Assembly: GCA_965659285.1 (NCBI GenBank)
Contig: CBFHWB010000002.1
Span: 3,435 to 67,434 of the forward strand
Origin: Planctomycetota bacterium
GTDB lineage: Bacteria > Planctomycetota > UBA8108
Reading direction: 5' to 3'
DNA: 64,000 nt
The position numbers and the translations under genes were made by a program. The notes under the pieces were generated by a model that was not told the origin of the DNA, did no database searches, and saw only the letters and a list, made by a program, of their open reading frames with translations. Of the stretch, positions 40,768-51,233 are shown in pieces. Numbering within the stretch: the stretch's first letter is position 1; every line of letters starts with the position of its first letter.

Positions 40768-42241
40768 TCTCGTAGCGGTCCTCTGAGAGTTCCCGCGCCC
40801 TGCCCTGCTCGACAAGGTATTCGAGCGCCGCCCGTGTGGTTCGCTCGTAGAGGGGTCTCAGCCTGGATTCCACCTGGTCGTGGTAGATTTCACGGGAGAG
40901 CTCACGCACTTCGCCGATGCCTTCAGCCAGCTTGTCCTGGACCTGCTCAATTCTTTTTTTGCGGTGTTGGATGGTCTTATTGATCAGGCTTCGGGCTTCG
41001 GTGGTCGGCATGCCGTGGGAAGGATAGAGGAGGTTGATGTCGAGGCGCTGGATTTTCTCCAGCGACCTGAAATAGCTCTCAAGGTGGCCGCCTGGAGATC
41101 CGACATACATGCTGACGAGGGTCGAGAGCAGGTCGCCTGCAAGAAGAGCCTGGTGACGTTGGTCGAAGAAGGCGAGATGACCCTCTGCATGCCCCGGGGT
41201 AAAGAGACAGCGAAGGCTCCAGCCGGATTCGCCGCCCGGGCTTTCTCCCAGCTCGATGAGGTCGCCCTCGTCGAGCTCCCTGTCGAAGCTTCTCTCCAGC
41301 AGCTCGCCGGTTTTCCTGTGACCCCAGCAGGGCAGACCCCAGCGCTCCTGTACCGCGTCGACGGCGCCAACGTGATCGGCGTGATGATGGCTGAGGACGA
41401 TGGCCTCGGGCTGGTCGCCGACGGCCAACCGGTTTTCGATTGCCGCCAGGAGATGGGCCTGCTCCTTCTCTCCTGTTGGCGAGGGGTCGATGATGATGAA
41501 CTTTCGTGAACCGACCAGGAAGGTACTCGAAGGTAACGTTGGCGGCAGCGGCGGACAGTGGAAAGGCAGCAGCTCGATACCGGGCCCCCAGGGAATGGCG
41601 AGGCCCGAGCCTTCGAATTCATTCGGGCTGGTCCGCATTGATTCGAGCGTTGAGGCGTCGAGGCCGCCTGCCAGCTGGCGGAGGATGACAATCACGGGTG
41701 GGGCAAGGAGGAGCTCTCCCCGGCGCCAGGCTTCGAGGGCCGCAGCCGGCGCCCACCAGCCGCCGCCGGCAAGCTCACCGGGAAGAATCTCCGGTTCCTT
41801 GTCGGTCTCAAACAGGAAGAAGGTGCTCGAAAAGCGCCGCCGCGAGAACCGGGGCGTGACCAGCCGAACCGCCTCCACGAAGGTGCCGGGCTCGAGGTTG
41901 GCGCCTGATGTTCGCAGCCTGGAGAAGAACTCCCCTGCGTCGCTGTCGGCAAGCATCTCGAGGCGCAGCCTCCTGAGCTCCTCCTTTGCCGGAGCGCCGC
42001 CGCAGGTCGCCAGGATGCCGGTCTCTTCGAAGAGCTCCCGTACGGCGCAGCCCAGCGTCTCGGCCTGGTCGGCGCCGAGCTCTTCAGCCAGCGGGATGGT
42101 CTCGTCGCCGGGTTCGACCTTGCCTCCGGCGAAGGCGAGATAGCCGCCGAGGAAGTTCATCTCGCTGGATCTCGTAACGAGGTAGACCTCCAGCCCGGAG
42201 CCATGGCGGTAGATGATGATATTCGCCGTCTGACGGGTCAT
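40721..42241 (-). CDS. NUDIX hydrolase fused to MBL-fold metallo-hydrolase
   Basis: Start at MTRQTANIIIY. Nudix box GGKVEPGDETIPLAEELGADQAETLGCAVRELFEETG in the N-terminal half. HxHxDH (SHHHADHVG) and downstream His/Asp ligands of the metallo-beta-lactamase fold in the C-terminal half. Confidence 0.65.
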   Translation of the reverse strand: MTRQTANIIIYRHGSGLEVYLVTRSSEMNFLGGYLAFAGGKVEPGDETIPLAEELGADQAETLGCAVRELFEETGILATCGGAPAKEELRRLRLEMLADSDAGEFFSRLRTSGANLEPGTFVEAVRLVTPRFSRRRFSSTFFLFETDKEPEILPGELAGGGWWAPAAALEAWRRGELLLAPPVIVILRQLAGGLDASTLESMRTSPNEFEGSGLAIPWGPGIELLPFHCPPLPPTLPSSTFLVGSRKFIIIDPSPTGEKEQAHLLAAIENRLAVGDQPEAIVLSHHHADHVGAVDAVQERWGLPCWGHRKTGELLERSFDRELDEGDLIELGESPGGESGWSLRCLFTPGHAEGHLAFFDQRHQALLAGDLLSTLVSMYVGSPGGHLESYFRSLEKIQRLDINLLYPSHGMPTTEARSLINKTIQHRKKRIEQVQDKLAEGIGEVRELSREIYHDQVESRLRPLYERTTRAALEYLVEQGRARELSEDRYEITPGLQLEPPPGNGS

Positions 42242-42300
42242 GGAATGTATTAGGAGTCCTGGAGGCCGTGGCTGCAAGTCCGCAGCCGCCAGGGGTCTTG

Positions 42301-44658
42301 TCAGAAGGCGTAGCCGATGGAGAAGGAAAAGATCTCGGGCCGGTCCCCGTCCTGCTTCGCGAGGGGCTTGGCCCAGTAGAGGTTGATGGGGACGACCTGT
42401 CCAAGGAAAGGAAACCGGAACTGGAGACCTCCGCCGGCCGCAGTCCGGAGTCGTCCGCTGGAGAAGTCGGCGGGATCATTTTCGAGCAGCCCCCAGTCAA
42501 AGAGGGCGATAGCCCTGAGTTCACGGAAAAACAGCGGCGCGGAATATTCGATGGTTCCCCTGAGCAGGGCTTCTCCGCCAAGCGGCTCTCCCTGTTCGTG
42601 GGGGCCGACCTCGCGGTATTCAAAGCCGCGAAAGCTGCGCGGCCCTCCAAGGAAGTAGTTTTCGTAGAACGGTACCTCGTCTGACCCGGACCCGATCCAG
42701 CCGGCCTCGATTCCAATGTGCAGGAGATGCCTGAGATCGGCGTAGCGATCGAAGAGAGGTCTGTAGTAATCGACCGAGGCGCTTCCCCGGAAGAACTCGA
42801 TGTCGGAGCCGGTGGTGGATCCTGCAGCATCGAGCTTCAGCTCAGCCAGTATCCCCTTCGGTCCTCCGTAGATGTTGTTTTCGAGCTCGGCGTAGCGAAG
42901 CGAGAGCCGCGGATAGCTGAGCAGGATGCTGTCGGGGGCCGCTGCGATGGTCGCCGGGGCCGACGCGCTGATGCCGCCGAGGCTGACGTCATCGAGGCGC
43001 CAGGCGAGGGAGAGAGAGAGGTGGTGGTCGCTGTCGAGATATTGCCGTGCTTCGGGCTCCGTCTTCACCCTGCTCTCCTCATAGGCTCCCCGATAGAATT
43101 TTTGCGAGCCTGCGCGCAGGGTGAAGGTCCGGTCGCTGGAGAAGAGGTAGGGTTCGCGGAAGCCGAACATGTACTGGCTCTCGACGTTTCCGGGGACGAT
43201 CTCGGCATAGACGGACTGTCCTCCGCCCACGAAGGCGTCTGACCAGTCCGTCAGGCTTCGAGGCAGGGAGAAGAGATCGAAATTCGTATGCTCGAGTCTG
43301 AAGTAGCCCACCTCTCCCTCTCCGCTCGATGCGCCTCCTCCCAGATCCCAGCGTCCGACAGCCTCCTTTTCCTTGACGTTGATCCGGACGTTTCGCAGCT
43401 CCGGCGACGTCGATTCGTCGACGCTGAAGGAGACATCATCGAAATGGCCCGATGACCGCAGGCGGTCCATCGTCTCATCCATGGCGAGCAGGCTGAGCGG
43501 CGCTCCGCTGACAAGCTTCGAGTGCCTGCGGATGACTCGGTCAAGGGTCCTGGTGTTGCCCCGGATCTCGACCTTGTCGACAAAGAGGTGTTCCCGCTCA
43601 TCGATCTGGAAGACGATGGTTATGTCATTCTCTCCGGTATAGAGGAGCCGGACGTCTACCTGCGGAATGCGGTCGGAGCGTTCCTGGTAGAGTCTCACAA
43701 GGGTCTGTCGCAGCTTCTCGACCTTTGCGCCGGAATAGAAGGCTCCGGCCTCGAAGGAGAGGGTCTGCAGGAGCAGGGAATCGCCGAAGATCTGGTTCCC
43801 CTCCAGGCGAATTTCCTGGAGCCGGTAGCGGGCGCCTTCCCTGATCTCCAGCGAGATCGTTACGTCTCGGAGGGAGGGGTTGATGGAGATGTCATCGAGG
43901 CCGATTTTCACGTCGAGGTTTCCCCTTGAGCGATAGTAGCTTCTCAGCATGTCGAGCGAGCTATCGAGCTGGTGGGGGACAAAATAGCCCCTGTCCACGG
44001 CGCCGAAGAGACGCTCGGGGCGCAGCCCGCTGATCTCGATGATCTCATCGCGGGTCAGCTCCGAGTTTCCGATGATGAACACATCCCGTATGCTCGCCCG
44101 GAGCCCCTCCTCGATGTCGAGGAGGAGCCTCACTCGGCCCGGCACGGGAGTTTGCAGCGCCGCGTCCACCTGGGCGAAGAGAAAGCCATCTTCCTGGTAG
44201 GTTCGCCTGAGGGTTTCCCTGGCGAGCTCGAGGTCTTCTCTTCTGAAGGGCGAGCCTTCCTTGCGCGGGAGGGAATCTTTCAGTGAGCGCTTGGAAAGCG
44301 CCGCGCTGCCGGTGATCTCTATCGCTTCAAGGAGGGGATGTTCGGTGATGGTGATTCTGATGACCGGAGCCTTGCCGGGCACAGAGACGATGGTCGGTGG
44401 CTCGACCTTTTCGATGAACTCAAGCTTCAGCAGACCCTCGAGAGCCCTGCTGCCGGATTCCGGACCCCATTGATCGCCGGGCCTCAACCCGCTGGCCTCG
44501 AGCAGCTTGCGGTATGGAACCCATGTTCGCCCCGGGAATTCCACGGAGCCGATGGTCACATCCGGGGGCTCCTGCGTCCGGGCAGAACCTGGCGCATGGC
44601 AGAGCAGCCAGAGCGCCAGCGGCAGCAGGGTTCTCAGGTCGGTTGTGTGACGGATCAT
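42301..44658 (-). CDS. bamA: outer membrane protein assembly factor BamA (Omp85)
   Basis: Start at MIRHTTDLRTLLPLALWLLCHA (signal peptide). Five POTRA-like repeats, then a C-terminal 16-strand barrel ending in an aromatic residue (GYAF). Confidence 0.85.
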   Translation of the reverse strand: MIRHTTDLRTLLPLALWLLCHAPGSARTQEPPDVTIGSVEFPGRTWVPYRKLLEASGLRPGDQWGPESGSRALEGLLKLEFIEKVEPPTIVSVPGKAPVIRITITEHPLLEAIEITGSAALSKRSLKDSLPRKEGSPFRREDLELARETLRRTYQEDGFLFAQVDAALQTPVPGRVRLLLDIEEGLRASIRDVFIIGNSELTRDEIIEISGLRPERLFGAVDRGYFVPHQLDSSLDMLRSYYRSRGNLDVKIGLDDISINPSLRDVTISLEIREGARYRLQEIRLEGNQIFGDSLLLQTLSFEAGAFYSGAKVEKLRQTLVRLYQERSDRIPQVDVRLLYTGENDITIVFQIDEREHLFVDKVEIRGNTRTLDRVIRRHSKLVSGAPLSLLAMDETMDRLRSSGHFDDVSFSVDESTSPELRNVRINVKEKEAVGRWDLGGGASSGEGEVGYFRLEHTNFDLFSLPRSLTDWSDAFVGGGQSVYAEIVPGNVESQYMFGFREPYLFSSDRTFTLRAGSQKFYRGAYEESRVKTEPEARQYLDSDHHLSLSLAWRLDDVSLGGISASAPATIAAAPDSILLSYPRLSLRYAELENNIYGGPKGILAELKLDAAGSTTGSDIEFFRGSASVDYYRPLFDRYADLRHLLHIGIEAGWIGSGSDEVPFYENYFLGGPRSFRGFEYREVGPHEQGEPLGGEALLRGTIEYSAPLFFRELRAIALFDWGLLENDPADFSSGRLRTAAGGGLQFRFPFLGQVVPINLYWAKPLAKQDGDRPEIFSFSIGYAF

Positions 44659-44842
44659 AGACAGGAAAGCATAGAGAAAGGTGCCGGTAAGATCGAGCAG
44701 TGAGCGGGATTCAGAACAGGTGGTCAAGGTGGATTCGTTGACCGATGTGCTCAGGCTGAATACAATGGGTTCTTCGTCGCGTCGGGAATCGTTCGTTTGA
44801 GACCCTGTTTTTACGATCCCGGCCCAGGATTGGATACCATCT

Positions 44843-45982
44843 ATGTCGAAAGAAATTCAACGCAATCCAACCCGCTCGGTGCGTGTCGGCTCGGCCATGA
44901 TCGGCCGGGAGCACGATATTCCCGTGCAGACGATGACCGCGACGCATACCCAGGAGATTGAGGAGACGCTCTCCCAGATCGCGGACATGCTGGGGGCGGG
45001 AGCGGATATTGTTCGTGTCGCCTGTGACAATAAGAAAGATGCCAGGGCGCTTGCGGAGATACGGAAGGAGACGGATGCCAATCTTGTCGTCGATCTACAG
45101 GAGAACTATCGCCTCGTGACCGAGGTCGCTCCGAGCGTGGACAAGGTTCGCTACAATCCGGGCCATCTCTACCACGTGGAGAAGAACAAGCCGGTTCGCG
45201 ACAAGGTGGCCTTCATCGCCTCGGTGGCCGGGGAGAATGACTGCGCGTTGCGGGTGGGGGTGAATTGCGGTTCCGTAGATCCAGCCTATAAGGAGAAATA
45301 CCCGGATGATGGGATTGAGGCCATGGTGCGCTGCGCTGTTGACCACTGCGCCTACCTCGATGACATTGGCTTTACCCGTTACGTGGTTTCGCTGAAGGAT
45401 TCCGAACCTGAGAAGGTTGTGCGGGCAAACCGGCTCTTTGCCGAGGAGCGCCCCGATGTCCCCCTGCACCTGGGGGTGACCGAGGCCGGCCTGCCGCCCG
45501 ATGGAGTCATCAAGACCCGGATCGCCTTTGACCAGCTGATCACGGTCGGTATCGGGGATACGATCAGGGTGTCGTTGACGCTTCCGAACGATCGCAAGGC
45601 GGAGGAGGTCGAGGCCGGTCACAAGATCATCAAGGATATTCGCGCCGGCCGGATTCGCGCAGTTCCGGAGCACTGGGGCGAGGGGTTGAATATCATCGCC
45701 TGCCCGAGCTGTTCACGGGTTGAGAACATGGCCTTCATCGATCTTGCCGAAGAGGTTAAGGAGATGACGGCCTACGCCAACGAGCACGACCTGACCATCG
45801 CCGTCATGGGTTGCCGGGTGAATGGCCCCGGCGAGACGGACGATGCCGACCTGGGGCTCTGGTGCGGGCCGCGCACCGTAAATCTCAAACGCAAGGATGA
45901 GCCCCTGGGCGCTTACACCTATGACGAGGTTCTTGGCCGGCTCAGGGAAGAGCTGGACAAGCTCATCGCGGCGAAGGCCTGA
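44843..45982 (+). CDS. ispG: 4-hydroxy-3-methylbut-2-en-1-yl diphosphate synthase (IspG/GcpE)
   Basis: Full-length collinearity with IspG, including the C-terminal 4Fe-4S Cys triad region (CPSCSR...GC). Confidence 0.9.
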   Translation: MSKEIQRNPTRSVRVGSAMIGREHDIPVQTMTATHTQEIEETLSQIADMLGAGADIVRVACDNKKDARALAEIRKETDANLVVDLQENYRLVTEVAPSVDKVRYNPGHLYHVEKNKPVRDKVAFIASVAGENDCALRVGVNCGSVDPAYKEKYPDDGIEAMVRCAVDHCAYLDDIGFTRYVVSLKDSEPEKVVRANRLFAEERPDVPLHLGVTEAGLPPDGVIKTRIAFDQLITVGIGDTIRVSLTLPNDRKAEEVEAGHKIIKDIRAGRIRAVPEHWGEGLNIIACPSCSRVENMAFIDLAEEVKEMTAYANEHDLTIAVMGCRVNGPGETDDADLGLWCGPRTVNLKRKDEPLGAYTYDEVLGRLREELDKLIAAKA

Positions 45983-46001
45983 GCGCGCTGGTTGAACTCA
46001 G

Positions 46002-46580
46002 ATGGAAGATACAAGGTCCTCTCCGGGCGAAGAAGAACAGCTGGCGGCGGATACTGCGGGGGCGCGGGTCGATTTTCTTGTGATCCAGGATTACAAGGAG
46101 AACCGCCGTAAATGTACGGTTTACCCGCTCGCCGGCACCGAGGGGCTGGAGATTATGCGTCTCGGTATGCCGACTCCGGGTGAGGAGCTCGTGGAGGTGC
46201 CTTCCGGGATTCTCCTGGAGGTCGCCGCTCCCGAGCTGGTTCCTGCGGATGCCGAGCTGCTTGGTGATGGCGAAGGACGGCTGATCCTTCTGGATGCGAC
46301 ATGGGTCCGGCTGGCTCCGCTGGGCCGGAGGCTGTGCTTCGAGAGCGCCCCGGAGCTTCACAGGCGTTCTCTCCCCGGAGATTTCAGGACAGCCTATCCG
46401 AGGCACTCGAAGCTTTTTGAAGACCCGGGAGGCGGCCTGGCAAGCGTAGAGGCGATGTTCGCGTCGACCGTGATCCTTGGAGCGCCCCGCAGGGAACTTC
46501 TGAGAGAGTATCGTTGGGCGCCGGATTTCCTGGAGCTCAACAGGGAGGTTTTTATTCGCTATGGATGGGAGGAGAGCTGA
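46002..46580 (+). CDS. DTW domain protein (tRNA acp3U transferase family)
   Basis: Conserved DxTW motif (LLDATWVR) and upstream Cys cluster region. Confidence 0.6.
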   Translation: MEDTRSSPGEEEQLAADTAGARVDFLVIQDYKENRRKCTVYPLAGTEGLEIMRLGMPTPGEELVEVPSGILLEVAAPELVPADAELLGDGEGRLILLDATWVRLAPLGRRLCFESAPELHRRSLPGDFRTAYPRHSKLFEDPGGGLASVEAMFASTVILGAPRRELLREYRWAPDFLELNREVFIRYGWEES

Positions 46581-46712
46581 GCGATGCGGGGCGACAGCTG
46601 AACGCGGCGCCCCTCGATTGTCGAGAATTGTCAACCTTGCGATAGAGGGCGTGTCTACTCGAGGAGCATCGACTCTAATTTCCTGAGGAAATTTACCAGT
46701 GGAGGCGGCGGT

Positions 46713-48335
46713 ATGGCGATTTACATGGGGCTGGATTCAAGCACCCAGAGCCTGACGGCGGTGGTCATCGAGATCGATGGAGATGAAAGAAGGGTTCTGG
46801 ACCAGCGCTCCATCCGGTTTGATGAGGAGCTGGCTTCCTACGGTTGCCAGAATGGCGTGCTCACGCATTCGGATCCCCTGGTGGCGCATTCAAATCCGGC
46901 GATGTGGGCGGAGGCGCTTGATCGTCTCTTTGCCGTGTTTGCCGCAGAAGGACAATTCCCGCTCGAGGAACTGCGGGCGATCGCCGGCTCCGGCCAGCAG
47001 CATGGTAGCGTCTATTTCAACTCGGAGGCCGGCCCGCGCCTCGGCTCTCTTGATCCGGCCAGGGAGCTGGTTGGCCAGCTCGAAGGCATCTTCTCCCGGC
47101 CCACCTCCCCGATCTGGATGGATTCGAGCACCTCGTCGGAGTGCGCCGCCATCACGGCCGCGGTTGGCGGCCCTGGCGAGCTTGCCGGCCTGACAGGCTC
47201 GAAGGCCTTTGAGCGTTTTACGGGTCCGCAGATCAGGAAATTTCACCAGGAGGATCCCGAGGGCTACGATGCGACTCGTCGCATCCACCTGGTGAGCTCC
47301 TTCATGGCCACCCTGCTGGCGGGCACCGATGCCCCCATAGATCCCGGAGATGGGGCGGGGATGAACCTGATGAACCTGAGTGAAAAGGCCTGGGCGCCGA
47401 CAGCCCTGGAGGCTACGGCTCCAGGGCTGTCGGGAAAGCTGCCCGCGATTGAAGAGTCCTGGTCCATCATAGGATCGCTGTCGAATTACTGGGTTGAACG
47501 CTACGGCTTCTCGCCCGCGACCCGGGTGGTTTGCTGGTCCGGTGACAACCCCTGCAGCCTGGTTGGGGTGGGTCTCGTAAAGCCCGGCCGACTGGCGATC
47601 TCGCTCGGCACCAGCGACACGCTCTTTGGTTATCTCCCCGAGCCCAGGGTTGACCCGGCGATGGAAGGACATACCTTTGGGGCTCCCACGGGTGACTATA
47701 TGAGCCTGATCTGTTTCAAGAACGGTTCCCTTGCGCGGGAGAAGATCTGCAATGCCGCGGGTCTGGATTGGGATGGTTTCTCCGCCGCGTTGAGGGAGAC
47801 CCTGCCGGGAAATGGCGGGGCGATCCTGTTACCCTGGTTTGAGCCGGAGATCACGCCGAATGTCCAGGAACCGGGCGCCCGGCGCTATGGCCTCAGCGAG
47901 GATGAGGGACCGGCGAACGTCCGGGCCGTCGTTGAGGCCCAGATGATGACGATGGCCATTCATTCGCGCTGGATGGGGGTCAAGCCCGAATCGATTTATG
48001 CGACCGGCGGCGCGGCGTGCAATAAGGAGATTCTTCATATCATGGCGCAGGTCTTCGACGCGGCGGTCTACCAGTTCGAGGTCGGCAATTCCGCCGCCCT
48101 GGGGGCCGCCCTGCGCGCGTACCATGCCGCGGAGATGGAGACTCAAGGTTCGAGCTCCTGGGAGGAGGTGATCGCGGGCTTCGCTGAGCCTGTTGCCGAG
48201 AGCAGGATCGCTCCTGAGCCGGAATTGGTGGCGCTCTACGATGAGCTGAAGGAAATCTACGAGGCCTGTGAAAACCACGCCCTCAACGGCGGCCCCGATC
48301 CCATGGAAAAGATCGACGCCTTCGCGCGCAGATGA
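46713..48335 (+). CDS. FGGY-family carbohydrate kinase, xylulokinase-like
   Basis: FGGY N- and C-domains (MAIYMGLDSSTQS...; GGAACNKEILHIMAQVF). Eukaryote-like D-xylulokinase architecture. Confidence 0.8.
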   Translation: MAIYMGLDSSTQSLTAVVIEIDGDERRVLDQRSIRFDEELASYGCQNGVLTHSDPLVAHSNPAMWAEALDRLFAVFAAEGQFPLEELRAIAGSGQQHGSVYFNSEAGPRLGSLDPARELVGQLEGIFSRPTSPIWMDSSTSSECAAITAAVGGPGELAGLTGSKAFERFTGPQIRKFHQEDPEGYDATRRIHLVSSFMATLLAGTDAPIDPGDGAGMNLMNLSEKAWAPTALEATAPGLSGKLPAIEESWSIIGSLSNYWVERYGFSPATRVVCWSGDNPCSLVGVGLVKPGRLAISLGTSDTLFGYLPEPRVDPAMEGHTFGAPTGDYMSLICFKNGSLAREKICNAAGLDWDGFSAALRETLPGNGGAILLPWFEPEITPNVQEPGARRYGLSEDEGPANVRAVVEAQMMTMAIHSRWMGVKPESIYATGGAACNKEILHIMAQVFDAAVYQFEVGNSAALGAALRAYHAAEMETQGSSSWEEVIAGFAEPVAESRIAPEPELVALYDELKEIYEACENHALNGGPDPMEKIDAFARR

Positions 48336-48730
48336 GCTCCCCAATGGTCCATCGCTGCTCGGCACTCTTCCTGTTTCTCGCCATGGTATTGCTTGGTTCG
48401 TGCCAGGAGTCTAAGGGCGAGCTTTACGACAGGATCGAGGCGCTGCGCCTGGCCAGCATCAGGGTCTACAGCGCGGAGGAGCTTGGCGCGGTCGAGAGGG
48501 AGGCTCTCCTGGCGGAGTTTCGCACAACGGACGTCTCCATATTCAGGATCCAGGAGAGGCGAGCCGCTTTGCTCAAGATCTATCAGAAGAAATCGAAGAT
48601 CCGGGAGAAGAAGCTCGCTGAACGCAGAAGGCGAGCCCTGGCTGATGATGTGAATCCAGTTAATGTCGGTGACGCGCCGATTGAACGTGACTACTGGGAC
48701 CGCAGGCGCGCGCGAAGGCGGGGGGACTGA
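48332..48730 (+). CDS. lipoprotein, hypothetical (coiled-coil, Arg/Lys-rich)
   Basis: Lipobox LLGSC. ATGA overlap with the kinase gene. Confidence 0.4.
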   Translation: MSSPMVHRCSALFLFLAMVLLGSCQESKGELYDRIEALRLASIRVYSAEELGAVEREALLAEFRTTDVSIFRIQERRAALLKIYQKKSKIREKKLAERRRRALADDVNPVNVGDAPIERDYWDRRRARRRGD

Positions 48731-48847
48731 GCCGCCTCTTTACGCATCGCGGGAGGCAGGGGAAATACCGCGGGCGATTTTCAGCGGCCATGTAGTAGAC
48801 TGGCCGGGACCATCTGATTGAATTGCCGCGAAATAAGGAGGAAGCCC

Positions 48848-49885
48848 GTGCAGGTATACCGAGTTCAGGGCCTGATGTGTCTCGCCGTTTTGATTCTCTC
48901 CATGCAGGCCGCGTCCGCCGCCGGGAAGCAATATCTCTGGCAGACCAACTCCTACGGAGATGATGTTCATGTCATCGAGGTCGGCAGCAACAAGGTCCTC
49001 AAAAGAATCGTGGTCGGGCCGGAGCCGCACGGTATCGCCGCGCCCGCTGACGCAAGTGTCGTCTACATCGCGATCGAGGCGTTCAAGAAACCCCGCGGCG
49101 AACTGGTCTGGGTCAATCCGCGTACCTACGAGGTCGAGCATCGCCTGGACATCGGTCCCAAGCCCAACCAGTTGGCTTGTACCCCCGATGGCAAGTGGGT
49201 CTACGTACCCTGCAATGATGGTCATTACTGGGTCATCGATGGGGAGAGCCGCAAGGTGGTGGAGAAAATCAAGACGGGTGGGCGGCCTCACAATACCCAG
49301 GCCTCCCGGGACGGCCGCTGGATGTATCTCTCGCCCATGGGGAATCCGAAGCGGGTAACCATCGTTGACGTCAAGGCGGGACATAAAGTCGTCGGGCACA
49401 TCCCGTTCTCGAATTCGGTCAGGCCGCCGGCCCTCTCCGCCGACAACAAGCGCTTCTTCCAGAACGTCGATGGGCTGATTGGTTTTGAAGTTGCCGACAT
49501 CGCAAAGCGCAAGGTGGTCGCCCGCATCGAACACAAGATTCCCGAAAAATACGCCGGTAAATCGAGTCGCTGTCACGGCCTGGCGATTCGTCCGGATCAG
49601 AAGGAGATCTGGTCGTGCAACGTCGAGCACCAGACAGTGCATATCCACGACATCACCGATCCGAGCTATCCGGAGATCGCCTCGATTGAGATGATCGGCC
49701 GGATCTACTGGCTGTGCTTCTCTCCTGACAGCAAATACGCCTACCTTGCCGTACGCAGCAAGAAGAAGGTCTGCGTTGTCGACACCGCCAGCAAGGAGAT
49801 CGTCGGTTACGCCGAGGTCGGCAACACGCCCAAGCGCAACCTGGTGATCACCCTGGAGGCGGGGGAGGGCAAGGCCTCTAAATGA
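48848..49885 (+). CDS. YVTN-family beta-propeller repeat protein, secreted
   Basis: Start reassigned to the GTG at 48848, which sits 6 nt after AAGGAGG. Signal peptide. Repeated about 40-aa propeller blades. Confidence 0.6.
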   Translation: MQVYRVQGLMCLAVLILSMQAASAAGKQYLWQTNSYGDDVHVIEVGSNKVLKRIVVGPEPHGIAAPADASVVYIAIEAFKKPRGELVWVNPRTYEVEHRLDIGPKPNQLACTPDGKWVYVPCNDGHYWVIDGESRKVVEKIKTGGRPHNTQASRDGRWMYLSPMGNPKRVTIVDVKAGHKVVGHIPFSNSVRPPALSADNKRFFQNVDGLIGFEVADIAKRKVVARIEHKIPEKYAGKSSRCHGLAIRPDQKEIWSCNVEHQTVHIHDITDPSYPEIASIEMIGRIYWLCFSPDSKYAYLAVRSKKKVCVVDTASKEIVGYAEVGNTPKRNLVITLEAGEGKASK

Positions 49886-50358
49886 GGCGGCCTTTTTTCT
49901 GTCTTTCGGGGGAGGCCGGCATCCTCGCGGCGGCCATCACGGTTGTATTCGTGACAGGCTGTTCTTTTCTTCCCCTGGGGGAGACAGCGGGCAGGGGACG
50001 GGTGCTCTACGAGGTGAGCTGCGGCGCCTGCCATCAAGCCGATGGGGAGGGCAAGGAAGGCGTCGCCTCGCCGTTGGCCGGCTCCGAGTGGGTCACGGGC
50101 TCCGAGGTCAGGCTCCTTCGCATCGCGCTCGATGGGGTGCGTGGGCCGATCCAGGTGAAGGGCAAACACTACCAGCTCGAGATGCCCGCCCTGCGCCACG
50201 TCTACGGCGACGAGGACATGGCGGCGATCCTGACCTATATCCGCGGCGCCTGGGGTAACAGCGCCTCTGCGATTACAGCCGATTTCGTCGGCCAGGTACG
50301 ATCAGAAACCGCGCAGCGCGGTGATTCGTGGACAGCGGAGGAACTCGGCGCTCCCTAG
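49882..50358 (+). CDS. class I c-type cytochrome lipoprotein
   Basis: Lipobox VTGCS. Single CxxCH (CGACH) with a downstream Met ligand region. ATGA overlap with the propeller gene. Confidence 0.7.
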   Translation: MRRPFFCLSGEAGILAAAITVVFVTGCSFLPLGETAGRGRVLYEVSCGACHQADGEGKEGVASPLAGSEWVTGSEVRLLRIALDGVRGPIQVKGKHYQLEMPALRHVYGDEDMAAILTYIRGAWGNSASAITADFVGQVRSETAQRGDSWTAEELGAP

Positions 50359-50373
50359 GCCTGTCCTGGCTGG

Positions 50374-51105
50374 TCAGAGAGACTTCACCTTTTTCTTTTT
50401 CTGAGCGAACAACCACTTCCACAGCTCCGGGTTCTTGTAGGCGGGAGTCCAGGAATTGTGGCGGACCCCGGGCAGCTCGCTGTAGCGCGGCTTGCCCCCG
50501 GCTTTTTTGATGGCTTCGATCATCTCGCGGCCGCGCTCTACGTGTACGACACGGTCTTTCTCGCCGTGAAAAGCCCAGATAGGGATGGCGGCTATCTTCT
50601 TCGCGTTTTCGACCTTATTGCCGCCGCAGACCGGCACGCCAGCGGCGAAAAGCCCTGGCTTGCGGGCCATGGCCTCGTAGGTGCCGCCGCCGCCCATGGA
50701 CTGTCCCGTGACATAGACACGGTCCGGATCGATCGGCAGCTTCGTCAGCAGCTTTCCCACCAGCTCGAGAACATCATCCATCGATTCGCTTTTCCAGGAG
50801 CTCTGCTTGCTGACGGTGGGGGCGAGAATAAAGCAGGGGTACTTGCTTCTCATCTCTCCCCCGGAAAGCACTTTATTGGCGAGACAGTTACGCTCCCAGT
50901 TCTTGTTTCCTCTTCCGCCAGCTCCATGCAGGGACAGGAGCAGGGGGTACTTCTTGCCGTCTTCCACCTTTTGCGGCTTGAGGAGCGCGTATTGAAGAGT
51001 TCGAGATGAGTCGGCCTTGTATTCCGTCTTCTCAAAACCGTCCGCGAAGGTCTCGGCGGCGGAACACAGGAGGAGGATCACGCAACAGATCAGGCTGGGT
51101 CTCAT
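50374..51105 (-). CDS. secreted alpha/beta-hydrolase (esterase/carboxylesterase-like)
   Basis: Signal peptide. Nucleophile elbow GQSMGG. HGxxD-type catalytic residues downstream. Confidence 0.7.
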   Translation of the reverse strand: MRPSLICCVILLLCSAAETFADGFEKTEYKADSSRTLQYALLKPQKVEDGKKYPLLLSLHGAGGRGNKNWERNCLANKVLSGGEMRSKYPCFILAPTVSKQSSWKSESMDDVLELVGKLLTKLPIDPDRVYVTGQSMGGGGTYEAMARKPGLFAAGVPVCGGNKVENAKKIAAIPIWAFHGEKDRVVHVERGREMIEAIKKAGGKPRYSELPGVRHNSWTPAYKNPELWKWLFAQKKKKVKSL

Positions 51106-51233
51106 GGGACCTCCGGATAAAGGGGTAGAACTCGATCGTGCGGCAGGGAGAACTGTCGCACCGGGTCATCATTGTACCGCCGTGGTTCACGGCTTCCCGT
51201 CAAAACAGGCGGTTTCTTCGTGTTGAAACGGTC

